A DNA stretch of 51,876 nt, counting the filler, from Bipalium vagum (lineage: Eukaryota): assembly GCA_037834085.1 (NCBI GenBank). It is 3 parts of 3 records of this genome, joined end to end, with 100 filler letters (N's around TTAATTAATTAA, not from the genome) between each part and the next. Parts side by side here need not be neighbours in the genome. Positions count along the whole stretch, not along the records: positions 1 to 17,961 come from JBBMKC010045274.1; 2 more parts are not named here. One strand, 5' to 3'. The notes below the pieces were generated by a model that searched no databases, was not told the origin of the DNA, and was given only the letters and a program-made list of their open reading frames with translations. The position numbers and the translations under genes are program-made. Shown in pieces: positions 1 to 13,270 of the stretch. The first letter of the stretch is position 1, and every line of letters begins with the position of its first letter.

Positions 1-65
<65 letters not shown>

Positions 66-102
66 GTAGTAGTAGTATTAGTATTAGTATTATTATTATT
101 AT
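1..102. repeat. (TAT/ATT)n microsatellite with a few TAG units, at window start
   Basis: Direct trinucleotide periodicity. Confidence 0.98.
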
Positions 103-183
103 TCAATTTTATAAATAATGTTCATCAACACTAGTCTAAATATGCATCTGTTATGAATTGTCTTAAACAAATCGACCAATTAC

Positions 184-907
184 CAGGTAGGTTTGAGTTG
201 CCTAAACATTCTGAAGTTAAAAATTGTTCACACATTGAAGATTTGCCAACCAAGGGGGCACCGACAACCTGTATCTTGAAAGATATCGCCTCTGGTTTGG
301 AATTAGAATGCCAGTGAGTCTGAGAATCATCTCCCGGCCGTTCAAACGAAACATTTGGCATGGTTTTCTGTTTAGCGCACGAATAATCCTTTTTCTTTTC
401 GAACGTTGTGGGAGTCCTGGTTTTATGATCAACAGAAGAATGGTATTCTTTATTTGGATAGGAAAATTCTTTTTCCAAACTCGTATTACTATGATTTCTC
501 ACCGAATCCCCTTTACTGATCTAAATTGTTTAGAAAACGTTTCTCTGACATTTACTGAAACATGAAATTACCACTCCTTTCGATGTTTTCTTCAAACTTC
601 TCACTCGATACAAGTTACTGTTGCTTTCTTCGGCATTTTGAAAATTTTCCGTGTTTTGCTTGAGTGAATTTTGGCTACGGTTCTCTTTTGTTGATCTGTT
701 ACGAAAATTGGACGGCTGCAATGAATCCCGTCGACTGTCAAATGACAACATTTCATCTTTGCACGAATTATCGAAATCTGTGGGCAATAACGACTGGCTT
801 CGTATTCGGTACGGTGATTCCGAGTCTCGGGGGTTCAGAAAATTGCGATTGCAACTCTTACTATTGGACGATCTGGCCAATTGACAATAATACTCAAATT
901 CATCCAT
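184..907 (-). CDS. RGK-family (Rad/Rem/Gem/Kir) small GTPase, 5' partial; exons 907-572 and 520-184, continuing beyond window start
   Basis: A 51-nt GTAATT...TTTAG intron (571-521) joins the two ORFs into YRVRSLKKTSKGV|ISKGDSVR, an N-terminal motif typical of invertebrate RGK proteins. This is followed by the P-loop FKIQVVGAPLVGKSSMCEQF and a donor G|GTAATT at 183. Confidence 0.8.
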
Positions 908-2030
908 CAGTGCTCAGACCAAAGACGTATTTGTAAAATCCTCCAAATATATTTAATATATATAAATATAAATATAAAAAATTATATATTGTTTTAAGTG
1001 AATTCACAAGGATAATAATATATATGAGGAGAAAATGATTCCAATAGCAAATATATATGTGTATATATCAGTGGTGAATGTCGATGTCTTCGGATGAATT
1101 CAACAGAACAATCTCTTCAGTCGACACACAGCCAAGCCAGCTACTTAAATTGGGATTTGCATCGGTATTGGGATAGAAAATTATTGAGAATTTGATTTCG
1201 TTTGAGGTTCATTGTAACAAATTTCAGAATAATTTTTAACATTAACATAGTTGTTTAATTAAATAGAAGAAATATTGACAAACACAACCATAGAGGAATA
1301 TAAAAATAGAAATTCAATTCAATTAGCGTATTTTTCAACTTTTAGTATAATAAATTAAAATTTTAATCGATATGTTAAGGTGAAAATAAATAATCACAAT
1401 GTATCACAATTCATTGAAAACCTGAAAACGATTTAATCAACTAATATCTCTTGGTGATGGTAAATAAATAAATATAAAGAAAAAATCGTGTAAATATTGT
1501 CAAGACATGAATATTTGTACTTTTTCGTGTGTGGGAAATATTTGTTTATCTTTTCCATTTAAATCTGTCAAAAATTGTAGCGGAGATTAATTTACAATTA
1601 TGTATTATCGTATCATTGGTATTTTCAGCGTTTGAAGAACATTTTTACATGTCTCTTTAAATTAATTTATGCAATTCTCGACATGTATGATAGTTTTATC
1701 TATCTTTTAAAGGTGATAAAGCTATTTATTATCACAACCTTTGTCATTATTGTATTTATTTCTTATTTTTGTTTACATTGTCAATATTTTGTACTACTAT
1801 GTAGTTTTATACATTAGTATCTATGCTGCTGGGAAAGTTTGTGGAATCTTGAAAAATAAACCATACCAAATATACATTATCTTTTAAAATAAATGCCAGT
1901 AGAGTAAAAATGAATAATCGTGACCACACCCAACAATAAAATTTTTATGAAACAGCCGTTTCATAAAAAAAATTATGGCTATGTAAGATCTTGATCAGCC
2001 TTTTTTACTCTACTCAGGTTAGATCATGTA

Positions 2031-3281
2031 CAGTATTGATTTTAAGTTTAAGAAACCCTATATAAATATATACATATATATATAAGAAAAGAAAATGACA
2101 TATTTTTATGGATAATTATACATGTTAGTATTTTGTGATATAATCATGGTGTCGAACAACTTGCTGAAGACGTCTACCTATTGAAAAAACCATACGCTCA
2201 CAATGTTTACTTAAATGTTGATAACCAAACTTCATGAATACTCTCAATGAGTTCTTGAACATTGCGAACTGTTTTCCTTGTCACATTCTGCTTCATTATA
2301 CCCCATATATTTTTAATACAATTCAAATCTAGATTTTGAGCAGGCCATGGTACAATACAATCGTCCAAATTATGATCATGTAACCATTGCTGAACTTTTT
2401 TTGATTTATGAACAGGGCTATTATTCATAACAATTTTGAAATCTGGGATTTAGAATAATTTAATAGATGGTCTTAAGGAGTTCTCTAATGCCATAATGAA
2501 GTCATCAGCCTTGACATTATTACTGAAGACATGAAGAACACCAGCACTGCTAAAAGCCATTGTGCCGAAAACCATGACAGATTTTCCTCCACCTGCGAAT
2601 GTGTTCATTATCTATCTGCATTTTGAAATTGTACCAATTATCAATATTTTTTAATCCATTAAAACAAAGCATAATTCTGAGATGTACAATGTTTCAGCTT
2701 TCGAACGATATATAAATTATATATTTCTGATTTGTTTAAGGCCAAATTAAGGCCAAAACGATTCATGTAAAAAACGTACGAATTTTCCGGACAACCCAAT
2801 AATACTCGATGCTTTCCTCAATTCTGCCGATGTTGCACGACGAATCTGTCTGCATAAACGATATAAGTATCGTTAATTTCGGAAAGTAAATAGCTTTGGA
2901 CGCCCAGACATAGGACGATGTTTGACCATTCCTGTTTCTTCAAATCGACGGATTGTTTTCAAAACACATGTTGTGGATACTTGTAAAACTTCGACTATGT
3001 GCTTCTTAGTTGTTCCAACACGATGTTCTCCAATAAATTGCCAGTATAATGAATCGCCTATTGTTCGTTTACCCATATAAATTTCTAAATAATAAAATGT
3101 TATTTTAAATGATTTAATTTAATTATAAAAGATTTAATTTTAAGTGATAAAATTTAAATTAAAAAAAATGATTAAATGATTAAAATAGCTTATAAAATGA
3201 TATATGAAAATGATAAAAATTGATATAAATGAATTACAATTCAGTTTTATATGGGGTGTCTTAAACTTAAAATCATTACTG
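2031..3281 (-). mobile_element. Degenerate Tc1-like DNA transposon
   Basis: TIRs of about 36 bp (CAGTATTGATTTTAAGTTTAAGAAACCC / CAGTAATGATTTTAAGTTTAAGACACCC) with TA at both flanks. Transposase remnants: HTH ending RPMSGRPKL, and NNSPVH...WPAQNLDLNCIKNIW (Tc1 WPxxSPDLNPIENxW). Confidence 0.9.
2625..2799 (-). mobile_element. Truncated mariner 5' end nested in the Tc1 element
   Basis: GTACGAATTTTCCGGACAACCCAA-TA matches the mariner TIR at 16462-16485 and 25291-25315. Left boundary approximate. Confidence 0.65.
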
Positions 3282-3834
3282 TATGTCAATAAATCAATTT
3301 ATATTCTTAAAAATGAATGAAATATGGTTTTGGAAATTTTGCAAAAAAGTATTTCTAAAACAAATAAAATTTATCATGAAGAGAATGCAATACATGAAAA
3401 AGTACACTGCAAAAAATACATCAACCTTATCACTGAATTAACAAGGTTGAAAAAAATGCATAAAAAAGAAGAAAAACAATTATAAAGAACGAAAAATTAA
3501 AAAATATCCAGATTTTTTCTAATAGTTGGTGATGATTTGTAGTCATAAATAACAAATAACAAATGTTTAAAAGAGAATGGTTTAGAAGTAGATTCTGCTA
3601 GAATTATTTTTCAAAATGATTCTAATTTGTTTCATTTACAATCTTCTGTCGTTTTCCTATTTTCCTTAGCTTCGGACTTTATTTTTTGTTGACGAGTTTT
3701 TTGCCCATATATCTTTTTGTAAATAATTCAAAATTTCCACAAATTTGAATTAATTCCATAATTTGAGAATCTTGATTACTTATATATAATTTAATTTTTT
3801 GAAATTTTCGAATTTTTGATTCCAATTTTTATTC

Positions 3835-3872
<38 letters not shown>

Positions 3873-3889
3873 CTAATTTTCCCTCCAGG

Positions 3890-4462
3890 ATACAAAGAAA
3901 TGAAATGCATCATAATATCTAAATTTTGATAAACTCTTGCATTTTATTTATTTTTACTATTAAAATGGGTGCAGATGAAAATGCTAATTTTGTTAAAAGA
4001 ATTAAAAGAATCATAAAAAAAATAATTTTGAAACTAATAAATTATATCAATGGAGAGTAGAAAGAGGATTACAACAAGGTATAACAATGTTTCATAAACA
4101 TGTTACTGGTGCAAATTAAAAAAGATAAAGAATAAAAAATAAATAAACATTAATAATGCTAATAATAATTCTAAATTATGAATAGTATGTAACACCCGAT
4201 ATTGAACTCTCACTCACTCTCATCCTTGACCCACGACTCTCGAAAATTTCAAGACAAAGTAATGAAATGCATAATGATAGAAAAATGCTTAAATAGCAAA
4301 ATGATAGAACAGTTTTACATTTTATTTACTTTAACTATTAAAATACGTGCAGATGCAAAATCTATTTTGTTTTAAAAAAATTAAAGAATTAAAAGAATCA
4401 ATCGCTGCAGAAGGAAGATTTCAACAACATGTAACAATATTTCATTAACCTGTTACTGATGC
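3890..4462. repeat. Diverged direct duplication of a ~220-bp unit (about 3890-4112 and 4252-4462)
   Basis: Shared blocks in the same order: ACAAAG..ATGAAATGCAT, ACTATTAAAAT..GTGCAGATG, AAGAATTAAAAGAATCA, GATT.CAACAA..TAACAAT.TTTCAT.AAC.TGTTACTG.TGC. Confidence 0.7.
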
Positions 4463-4685
4463 TCTAAGCACAAAGACATTGCCCGATAAATTAGAAATTC
4501 AAAAAGTTGTAAAAGATAAAAACCAACAAACTATAAAAAATAAAGATAATCCTAGTCGAATTAAAGATGAAGATGTAGAAAAGGTGGATTTTATTCGATA
4601 TATCTGCAGCATTTTGTTTTGTTTTAAATAATTAATTTAATCTTAAATTAATATTCATTTTTACCTTTACTTTTGTAACTATATA

Positions 4686-5842
4686 CAGTCAAACCCGGTT
4701 GTAAAATATAGGACGAGACCTGCGTAAATGTCTCTTAAAAACGGGTTTCTCTTACACATGGGTTTAGTCATTCCTACTACTTATAAAATATTATTAAGTA
4801 GTCTAAAGTTAAATTATCAATAGTAATTGCCATTCTTACATATCGATATATTTTTATTAATAAAATATTTTGTTTCCACCCATAAAGTAAGACAATTAAA
4901 CGACAAAAATATTGAATTCGCTAAAACATTTATTTTTTATAAAAATCTGTAATTTTTTATTGATTGAAGGGCATACATTTCTTGCTCTATATCTAATAAT
5001 TTCACATGATCACTGAATTATGCATCATAGTATTGACGCATAGCTTTCAGAGCCATCAATACCTCACATGGACAACAATTGTGAACGACAGAAAATTATT
5101 CCTCATCAGACTTCTCAATATTCTCAGTGCTTGAGGCGTTCATCACTTGATTTATGGTCTCAATATTTGTCAATTCACCATATCAAAGTACGTAATTGTT
5201 CATTTTCATCCATTCTTTCAATTCATTTTCTGTCAAACCATTAATTTTGACCGTAACTTCTCTGACAAATGGACGTTTTTCATTATCTTCACATTCAAAG
5301 CCGACTTTACGAAAACATTTTTGAACAGTTTTTTCTCTTAATTTTGACAATGCATATTTTAGCATACTTAAAACCGTCAAGATTGTGATATTTCTGTAAA
5401 AATCATTAATGCTTTCACCCTCTCCATGCTGGCAAGCTGTTTACGATTGAGATGTTGTCGGTAGTATACTTTGATATTGTGAATGATTCCATGATTCAGA
5501 GGCGGAATCAGAGAAGTAGTGTTTGGAGGGAGAAAAACGAGGCGAACATTAGACAGCTCTGCATTCTCCAAATTATGGAATGCAGCATTATCTGCCAAAC
5601 AATAATTTCTTTGTGTAGTGAAAAATAATTAACCGAATTAATTGACTTTATAATTATCTCTTACATATGGGTAAAATTCTTTACAAAATCATTATTAGTT
5701 TAAATAATTTATTTTCTTATACACGATTTTCTCTTTCAAGCGGGTTGCTCGCTATGGAAATATATATGTGGGGGACCTAGTAGAATATCTCTTAAATGTG
5801 GTCGTCTATTATATGAGAGTCTCTTACATCCGGGTTTGACTG
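4686..5842 (-). mobile_element. Internally deleted pogo/Tigger-like DNA transposon
   Basis: TIRs CAGTCAAACCCGG(T/A)TGTAA with TA flanks. DDE_1-type remnant DNAAFH...VRLVFLPPNTTSLIPPLNHGIIHNIKVYYR. Confidence 0.9.
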
Positions 5843-6515
5843 TAGTATGTTAATTGAAATTGTCACTACTAAGGTCGCTGCGATCCCATAAAAGACTCCG
5901 CTAATTAAAAATATCATGGTATAATTACCTTTGGTTTTAAAAAAATTTTATAACATAAGAAATATTAAATTCATAAATATTAAATTAATCTTGACAAAGG
6001 ACCTGTAGAGATATCAAAGTTCAACCAAAAAGGTTAACGAAATGTCAAATACTTTAGTTAATCAAAAAGTTTGAAAAAATTTTCTTATGCATTATATACT
6101 TAATTATGAAAACATATATATAGATACTTAAGTGTTATCTACTAATTTAATCTTAAAATTATTATTTTTTAAATAATAAGTGATTTGAAATCAATCATTA
6201 AGTTTTTAAAAAACAAATAAAAATTCTTAAGGTCTTAATAATATTGAAATATCCGGGAATAATTTATCTAAATTATATAAGGGATTTCAAATATAAAAAT
6301 TCAACGACCATATGATAATATCAAAATATATTCTTCTTGTATATTTGATATAACTTTTACAAAACTAGTATTTGTTAATTAACTTAGTCTATTAAAATTG
6401 ATTTGTTTCAATGTATTCATTTTAAATTGTTTTTGAAACCATTATGTAGCAACAAAGTCATTATTATAATACTCTGAAAATAAATTATTAGTGTTTTTAT
6501 ATAATTTTTAGATAA

Positions 6516-8001
6516 ATGGGAGCATTTTTAGACAAACCCAAAACAGATAAACATAATGAAAGTGGAATAGGTAATGGACTTAAGTTTGGACTTGCTAGTA
6601 TGCAAGGATGGAGAATAGAAATGGAAGATGCACATTGTGCTATTACACAATTAACTGGAAATCTTGGTGGTTGGTCATTTTTTGCTGTTTTTGATGGTCA
6701 CGCTGGAGCACGAGTATCCGAGATTTGTGCCACTCAACTTTTAAAAGTTTGTAATATGGATATAGTTCGAATCATTTACTCAATTATTGTAGAATATTGT
6801 GGAGACAGAAGAATTTAAAAACATAGATCCTGAAATGGCACCAAGTGTAGAAGAAATTCGTGAAGGGATACGTGAAGGATTTTTAACTTTAGACGAAAGA
6901 ATTCGTAAGATGATTGAAGGTGAATTAAGTGACGACAAATCAGGATCCACTGCTGTCTGTGTATTGGTTTCACCAAAACACATTTTCTTCGCAAACTGTG
7001 GTGATTCTCGTGCTTTATTGATAAGGGAAGGCAAGGTATGGTTTTCAACTGTTGACCATAAGCCTGCCAACCCAGTGGAAAAGGAGCGCATTCAAAATGC
7101 CGGCGGTAGTGTAATGATTCAAAGAGTTAATGGTTCTCTAGCTGTTTCAAGGTGATTAGATTATCGATTGATTTCGCTTATTTATCATTTTAGAGCTATT
7201 GGTGATTTCGAGTACAAGAATGTTGAAGGCAAAGGTCCAACGGAGCAATTGGTTTCTCCGGAACCAGAAGTAACCGTCATAGATCGCGATAATAAAACCG
7301 ATGAGTTGCTCGTGTTGGCGTGCGATGGTATTTGGGACGTGATGACAAACGATGATATTTGTCAATTTTTACAACACAGAATACGATGCACGGACGATTT
7401 GACAAAAATTTGCAACGAGACAATTGACACGTGCTTATACAAAGTAATTTGTGTATAAAATGCGCAATGAATCTATAAAACTCATGGATCAATAGGGTAG
7501 TCGTGACAACATGAGTATCGTTTTAGTGGCATTTGAGAATGCTCCAAAGCTTGAATATGTGTATGAACTAAAGGACAAAGAGCTCGACAAAATGCTTCAA
7601 GAGGGAATTAAAGGTAAAAAAAATATCTATTTACTTGACAAAATATAAACAAAACCTCATCATATACGTTCAGACTATCTTGCTAAATGCGATGATGCTG
7701 ACCTTAATGCCGTTGTTAATCATATTCAAAACCTAAAACTTCTTAATTTTCCTCCAGGTGGAATACATTCTAAGTATTATTTCGAATTATCAATTTTTTT
7801 AATTAAAATATATTTTATTCGATAGGAGGCATCTAATTGATAAAGTTTATTCGGAATTGTCGAAAAAGGAAGACAATAGAAAAGTAAACTTATAGGATGT
7901 TTTAAAATTAAAATGCTTAAAATCTTATTACATTATTTTGAATTTTTGTTTATGAATATTTGTTTGTTTAGATGAATTCGGATGGCTCTTGTTTAAATTA
8001 G
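6516..8001 (+). CDS. PPM1A: Protein phosphatase 1A/1B (PP2C alpha/beta); exons 6516-6746, 6793-7151, 7194-7443, 7496-7613, 7674-7773, 7826-7883, 7972-8001
   Basis: [10 protein letters not shown] start, [60 protein letters not shown] and PPGG motifs. Six phase-consistent GT-AG introns (46, 42, 52, 60, 52, 88 nt). The last exon is less certain. Confidence 0.95.
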
Positions 8002-8294
8002 TGGTCTATTTTACCCTATTGTTTCAAAATGACAGTTTTCAATCATTACGTTTTGTAGATTTTAATTCATAATAATATGTGGAAGCATTCAAAATTTTGA
8101 ATTACTCTGGCGTTTATTAAAGTTACTGATATACAAAAAAATTTCATGTATTTGTATCATAATAAGATTTTTCATGTGATTATTGTTGATTGAATCATTT
8201 TTTGTCAAGTAAAATAATTTGGATAAGACCTAAAATTGTAATAATCGATAGAAATATAAATAACATGACACGATTCTCTCTTTCTGCATGAACA

Positions 8295-9792
8295 TTAATT
8301 TATATTAACATTCCAATTCCTTGATCTCTGACAAGCTTCTTTCCATTTGGAAAACTTTTTGTCTAACATTTCTGATATGTGATTATTTGGGATGAATACT
8401 GAGTCGATTTTGCATAGATCGGATATCTCGGATAACGATTTCCACATTCCTATCATGGAAAAAATTATTAAGAAATCGAAATGTTATTAAGTTACCTATG
8501 TGCAAACCTGCCAGATATGCTGCACCACAACAACTGGCTTCGCGGTCTATGAAAGCTTCGATTTTCAGTTTTGTCATGTCTGCTAGACGTTGTAGAATCC
8601 ACTTATTCTTTGCTATGCTACCGTTAACTCGAATGGAATTCAATTTCATGCCTAATAAAAAATTAAACCTAAAAGGAAAATATGTTATAGTACCGGTTTC
8701 CTGTTCAACGGATTCTAAAATCCACCTTATAGACATAGGAATGGCTTCGATTACGGCAAGTACAATAGATTCTTTTAAAGTTGTTGGATTTAGACCAATT
8801 AACATTCCACTGGCGGTGGGGTCATTAATAGGAACTTGTAACCCCATGAATGCCGGTACAAAATAGACATCACTACCTAATAAAATCAGATGACAATAAC
8901 TATAAGGTTGACTGAATTACTTTGTGGATTGGATATTAATATTTTTTCTAATTCTTCGTAATTTTTGAAAAAATCTAAACTAAAAGTAAAAGAAAAATAG
9001 ATTACGATTTCTTCTTACTTAAATTTTTTAACCAGTTAATTGTGGAACCCGTTGAAGGATTATAACCTTCTACAAAATAAATTGTAGCAGATTTCGTTTT
9101 TAATCCGATCTCAGGGTAGAGACCTTTCATAGAAACGTGAGGATCTGCTCCCGTATTAATATTAAGAAAAGAACCCGTTCCTAAAGTCACTTTCCCTTCT
9201 TGCTTGTTGAAACACCCTACGCCAATAGTGGCAGCTTGTGAATCCCCGATTATACAACGGATAGGTATTGAAAGACCTTCACCAAGGAAGTCGGTACTGG
9301 TATTTCCGAAATGGTCTCTAATGATAAATTATTTTTATGTCACCCAGTGGAAAAAAAGTACATTGTGTTTTTCACTTGAGGTAAAATTTCTTTTGGAATA
9401 CTCAACAAATTAATTAGTTTATCATTCCAGGTACACTAACGATAAAATAAAATACTTTATTACAAACTGACAGAAATACAGTAAATGGATCATATATTCC
9501 CGTTACACTAGCACAACTGGCATCTGTTGAGAACTCTTTTCCTTTTGTAAGGCACCATAATAACCACGTTTCAATACACCCATAGCAAATTTCTCCAGCT
9601 TGTGCTCTGATATTCAACTATCGAAATAAATATTGGACTTGACTCACATTTAATAGATACCTTTGGATTAGACTGTAGCAAATCATACAATCTTATACTG
9701 ACTAGAGAGCTTTTAAAAGTGAGAATACTGGCAGCTAAGTAACGAACATTTCCCGTAATTAAGTATGCCAACTTGCTGCTTTGGTTTATGAT
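8295..9792 (-). CDS. GK5: Glycerol kinase 5 (FGGY family), 3' eight exons: 9792-9661, 9617-9480, 9435-9362, 9317-9019, 8974-8921, 8876-8694, 8651-8496, 8449-8295; N-terminal exons not located
   Basis: Spliced frame is open and contains CYGCIETWLLWCLTKG, TDASCASVTGIYDPF, IGDSQAA, KVTLGTGSFLNINTG, YFVPAFMGLQVPINDP, GAAYLAGL and WKEACQRSRNW, which are GK5-like. Introns of 42-46 nt are in consistent phase. Confidence 0.9.
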
Positions 9793-9899
9793 CTACAAAT
9801 GAAGATTCACATCTCAAATCGATTTCATTAAGAGTAAAAGATTTTCAGTTACATAATCATTAAAAATTCATGCCAACGTTTGCAAATAGAACGATAGAT

Positions 9900-12800
9900 T
9901 GACTAAGATAGAACATCTCGATTTTCTAATTCAAATGACCATAATTTATTCTTCAAATTTTCATTACGAGAGTACATTCGATATTTACAGAAAAATTCTT
10001 AAAATTAAAAAATTTCATAGAATGGAATTCAATTGTTTTATGGATTATACTTTTTATTGTGTGTCGTTTTATGCTTGATTTTATTGATGATAAACAATCA
10101 ATATGATCTTATGAAATTCTCACAATTATTGTAGCAGAAAAATAATTTTTCATTGATAAAAATTAACTTTAGTTGAAAGTGGGTCTTTAGTTGATAATAC
10201 AGCTGAATATAAATGATAATCGATATCTTGATCATCAGAATGAGATCTATTATGAAAACATTTTTGTTCTACCTTAAGAATTAAATATATTCCTTTAGAT
10301 TAAAATAGTTTCATTTCAACATAAATAGAAAGAATTTTTTATTTTTAATAGAATATTTTCAGTAAAACTTCTTCGTGATTTTTTGTTCAATAACTGGTCT
10401 TTTGAAAAATGTGATATCAAAAAGAAATGAATAGTTTTGTATTTATTTGTATATTGTAAGAATTTCAAGCTTTCGTGACAAATTTACTGAACATACTCAG
10501 ATCGTTATAAAATGATTACATATTAGAGAATGTATATGGTATTCTCAGAAAATTAATGATTTTCTGTTCAGGTTAAATTCAATACTTATCTCCGTCTTAA
10601 AAATATTTTTTAAAAACTTATGAATAATTTTGATAATCTTCAAGAACATTTTAGAAAGTCCTCGATATTAAGAGAAAAATTTAATGATCACGAATGCTTT
10701 CTTTTAATTTACATTTGTAATATATCATCACTATTAAAGTGTAAATTTGTTGGGAACCGTAGTAAAATCTACTGTGATCTCTACAACCCAATACAAGTCA
10801 ACTATCCAAAGATTGCTGATGAACCCAGAAGACCCACATCAAAGCCTCCACACGATGAATTTCCTAAGTTCACAATAGACTCGTCATCACATTGATTTTA
10901 TTTTCATAAAAAGGCCTCATTAGGCCTACTTTTTTTCTTACTTATTTATACATTCCACATAAATATGTACATTTTTCTATTGATAAAAATAATATTTAAA
11001 TAAAAATACATACACTTAATTAATTAAAAAAATATAGAATCATAAATTATAATAATTATAAATAATTTGGTAAATCTAATCAAAATTTAAAAAGAATAAG
11101 TTTAGAAGAATAAATAAGTAAAAATGAAATATTTTAATAATATTATTATTATTATAACTAAAATAAGTAATTTTCGTAATTTTGAAAAAATCATGAATTA
11201 CTTAAATTACCAACTTACTAAATTTAGTAAGATTTGAATATAAATAGAAATAAACGGTTAAAAATACAGGGTGTTTCATAAGTAACTGACTATTTTATTT
11301 TTTAAATATCTTTTTTATAAAAATGAAAACTAAGACAGATTTTTTCTATAAAAATTTATTTAGACATAAAATTTACGCATGGAAAATAATATTTTCTAAA
11401 TGGCCTTTAATTCCAAGAATTAAAAATTTAATAATAAATCATTCATTTAAAAAATGTCAGTTACTTATGAAACACCCTGTATTTAAATATAATTTTTTAC
11501 ATAAGATAATAATGATATACAGGTATGAAAAATATGATTTTTTAAAATATTCTTATTTTTATTTTCACTCTAGATATGATAAATTTTAAAAAAAGTTTGA
11601 AAATGTATAATTTCGATATTACAGTTTTGATAAGACGTACTGGGCTGTCAGACTTCCATTTCTCTCTTTTCAGTATCGTTTACATGTCCTTCTAAGAAGG
11701 AGGATTTTTTATTACTCAACTAAAGATGGAAAAGCTCATCGAACAATATGGGTCACATATAACTGACTTGTTTTATAAAATTATTTTTAATTAAATAAGC
11801 TGTTCAAAGATTAAAAATGCCTCACGACCTTTTTCTAAAAACCTAACATTTTTTGGGTTATTTTTAAGAAATCTTTTAGAAACTCTTCACCGCTCTTATT
11901 CTTAGAACAGTACATAAATATTTAATTTTCTTCCAATCAATATTTTTCATTGTGCCCATTTTTAATTTAAATTCATTAATAGCCACATATCCACGACAAA
12001 AATGTAACGAATTAATTAAATTTTTATGAAATTACAAAAATGTTATTTGACCAACCAAACTATTGAAAAATAATTTCAAAGGAAATTCAATTCTCTTTTT
12101 TCATCTTTATCAATTTAATTCTAATAAATTTATTAAAATAAAAATATGATTTAAAAAACATCTGAGGAACTTCGTCTTGGAAATATTTAATGAGAATTTA
12201 TTCGTTAAATGTTGCTCAACATTTCTTCTTCCAAACCTTTAAATAAATTAATAAAATATTTATATGTTGCGGTTTTATTTGCCGTTTTCACTATTCATTA
12301 AAAATTTTGATTGCTTCATTTTAGCGGTTGAAAAATAAATTACGGAATATTAGTGACGAATATAAATAAATTATGATCGAAAAATTTTTTTAATTAAAAT
12401 ATTTCTCAATTCATATTTTACATTATTTTATTTATTTAAGTAGATATAAGTAGAATTCTCTGAAAAGAGATATTTCCACTTCTTCTGCTTCAGCTTCATG
12501 TCGTATCAAGGATGTGTTGATATATGAATTCGTTCAGAGCCTCATTAAAAAAATATTTTATAGGTAAAATGATTTTCAATCTATTAAAACAATTATATTC
12601 GATAGCAACACAGTTTTTCGCGATTTTATTATTTTATGGTTTTGTTTACGGTATCATATTTTTACACTTTTTATGTACAATTTTTAAAACATTATCAGGA
12701 TTAAAAGACTAAACATATTACTTTTCTATAGTTTTGTACATATAATTTATAAGTAAAAATTAATTCATTAAAATCAATAAAAATAAGAAAAGAATTGATT

Positions 12801-13270
12801 TGTGGACCTGATATAAAAAGTATATTTTTATTAAAATCTATTTCATATTTTCTGTTTCCTTCCTTTATCAGAAGTACGATTGATTTGCTACATAAGAAAA
12901 AAAAATATAAAATAAATAAATCTCTTTCGAATTAATGAATAAATAAAGATTTATAAGCAAAAATTTCCTTAAAATTTGTTAAGATATTAAGCGTGCAGTT
13001 AATGAATGTCAAGATCCATCTTTGGCCGTCATAATTAGACTGTAATTGAAAGCGGCCAGATATATGTCAAGACTCTTAGACATCTTGATCAAAGTGATCC
13101 TCTCAGTACTTCTTACAGCCTTGGTTTACAATCTGATCCCTTCACTCAGATAAATTGCGATAGAATGATAAATTAAATTTATTATTGACTTTGTAATAGG
13201 GCTTATTTACTGAGAGGATCTTGAAAAGCACTTGGAGCATTTACAAACTGATGGATGGCAAAACATTTTT
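9900..13270. pseudogene. Patchy decayed coding-like sequence; strand and identity unresolved
   Basis: GC-richer blocks alternate with intron-like spacers. All frames are interrupted by stops. The best block is + 12960-13260, with an intron-like spacer ending TTTGTAATAG. Confidence 0.3.
11267..11479. mobile_element. 213-bp MITE of the Tc1/mariner superfamily
   Basis: Perfect 24-bp TIR CAGGGTGTTTCATAAGTAACTGAC, TA at both ends, no coding capacity. Confidence 0.93.

Noticed and set aside
1-102. Telomeric repeats at both window ends
   Set aside because: They are AAT microsatellites at which contigs break (same at 34919), not TTAGGG-type arrays.
9903-10272. Intact minus-strand gene ending just upstream of GK5 (operon-like)
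   Set aside because: Only the last two putative exons are phase-compatible; the third gives a stop, so this is chance level in AT-rich DNA.
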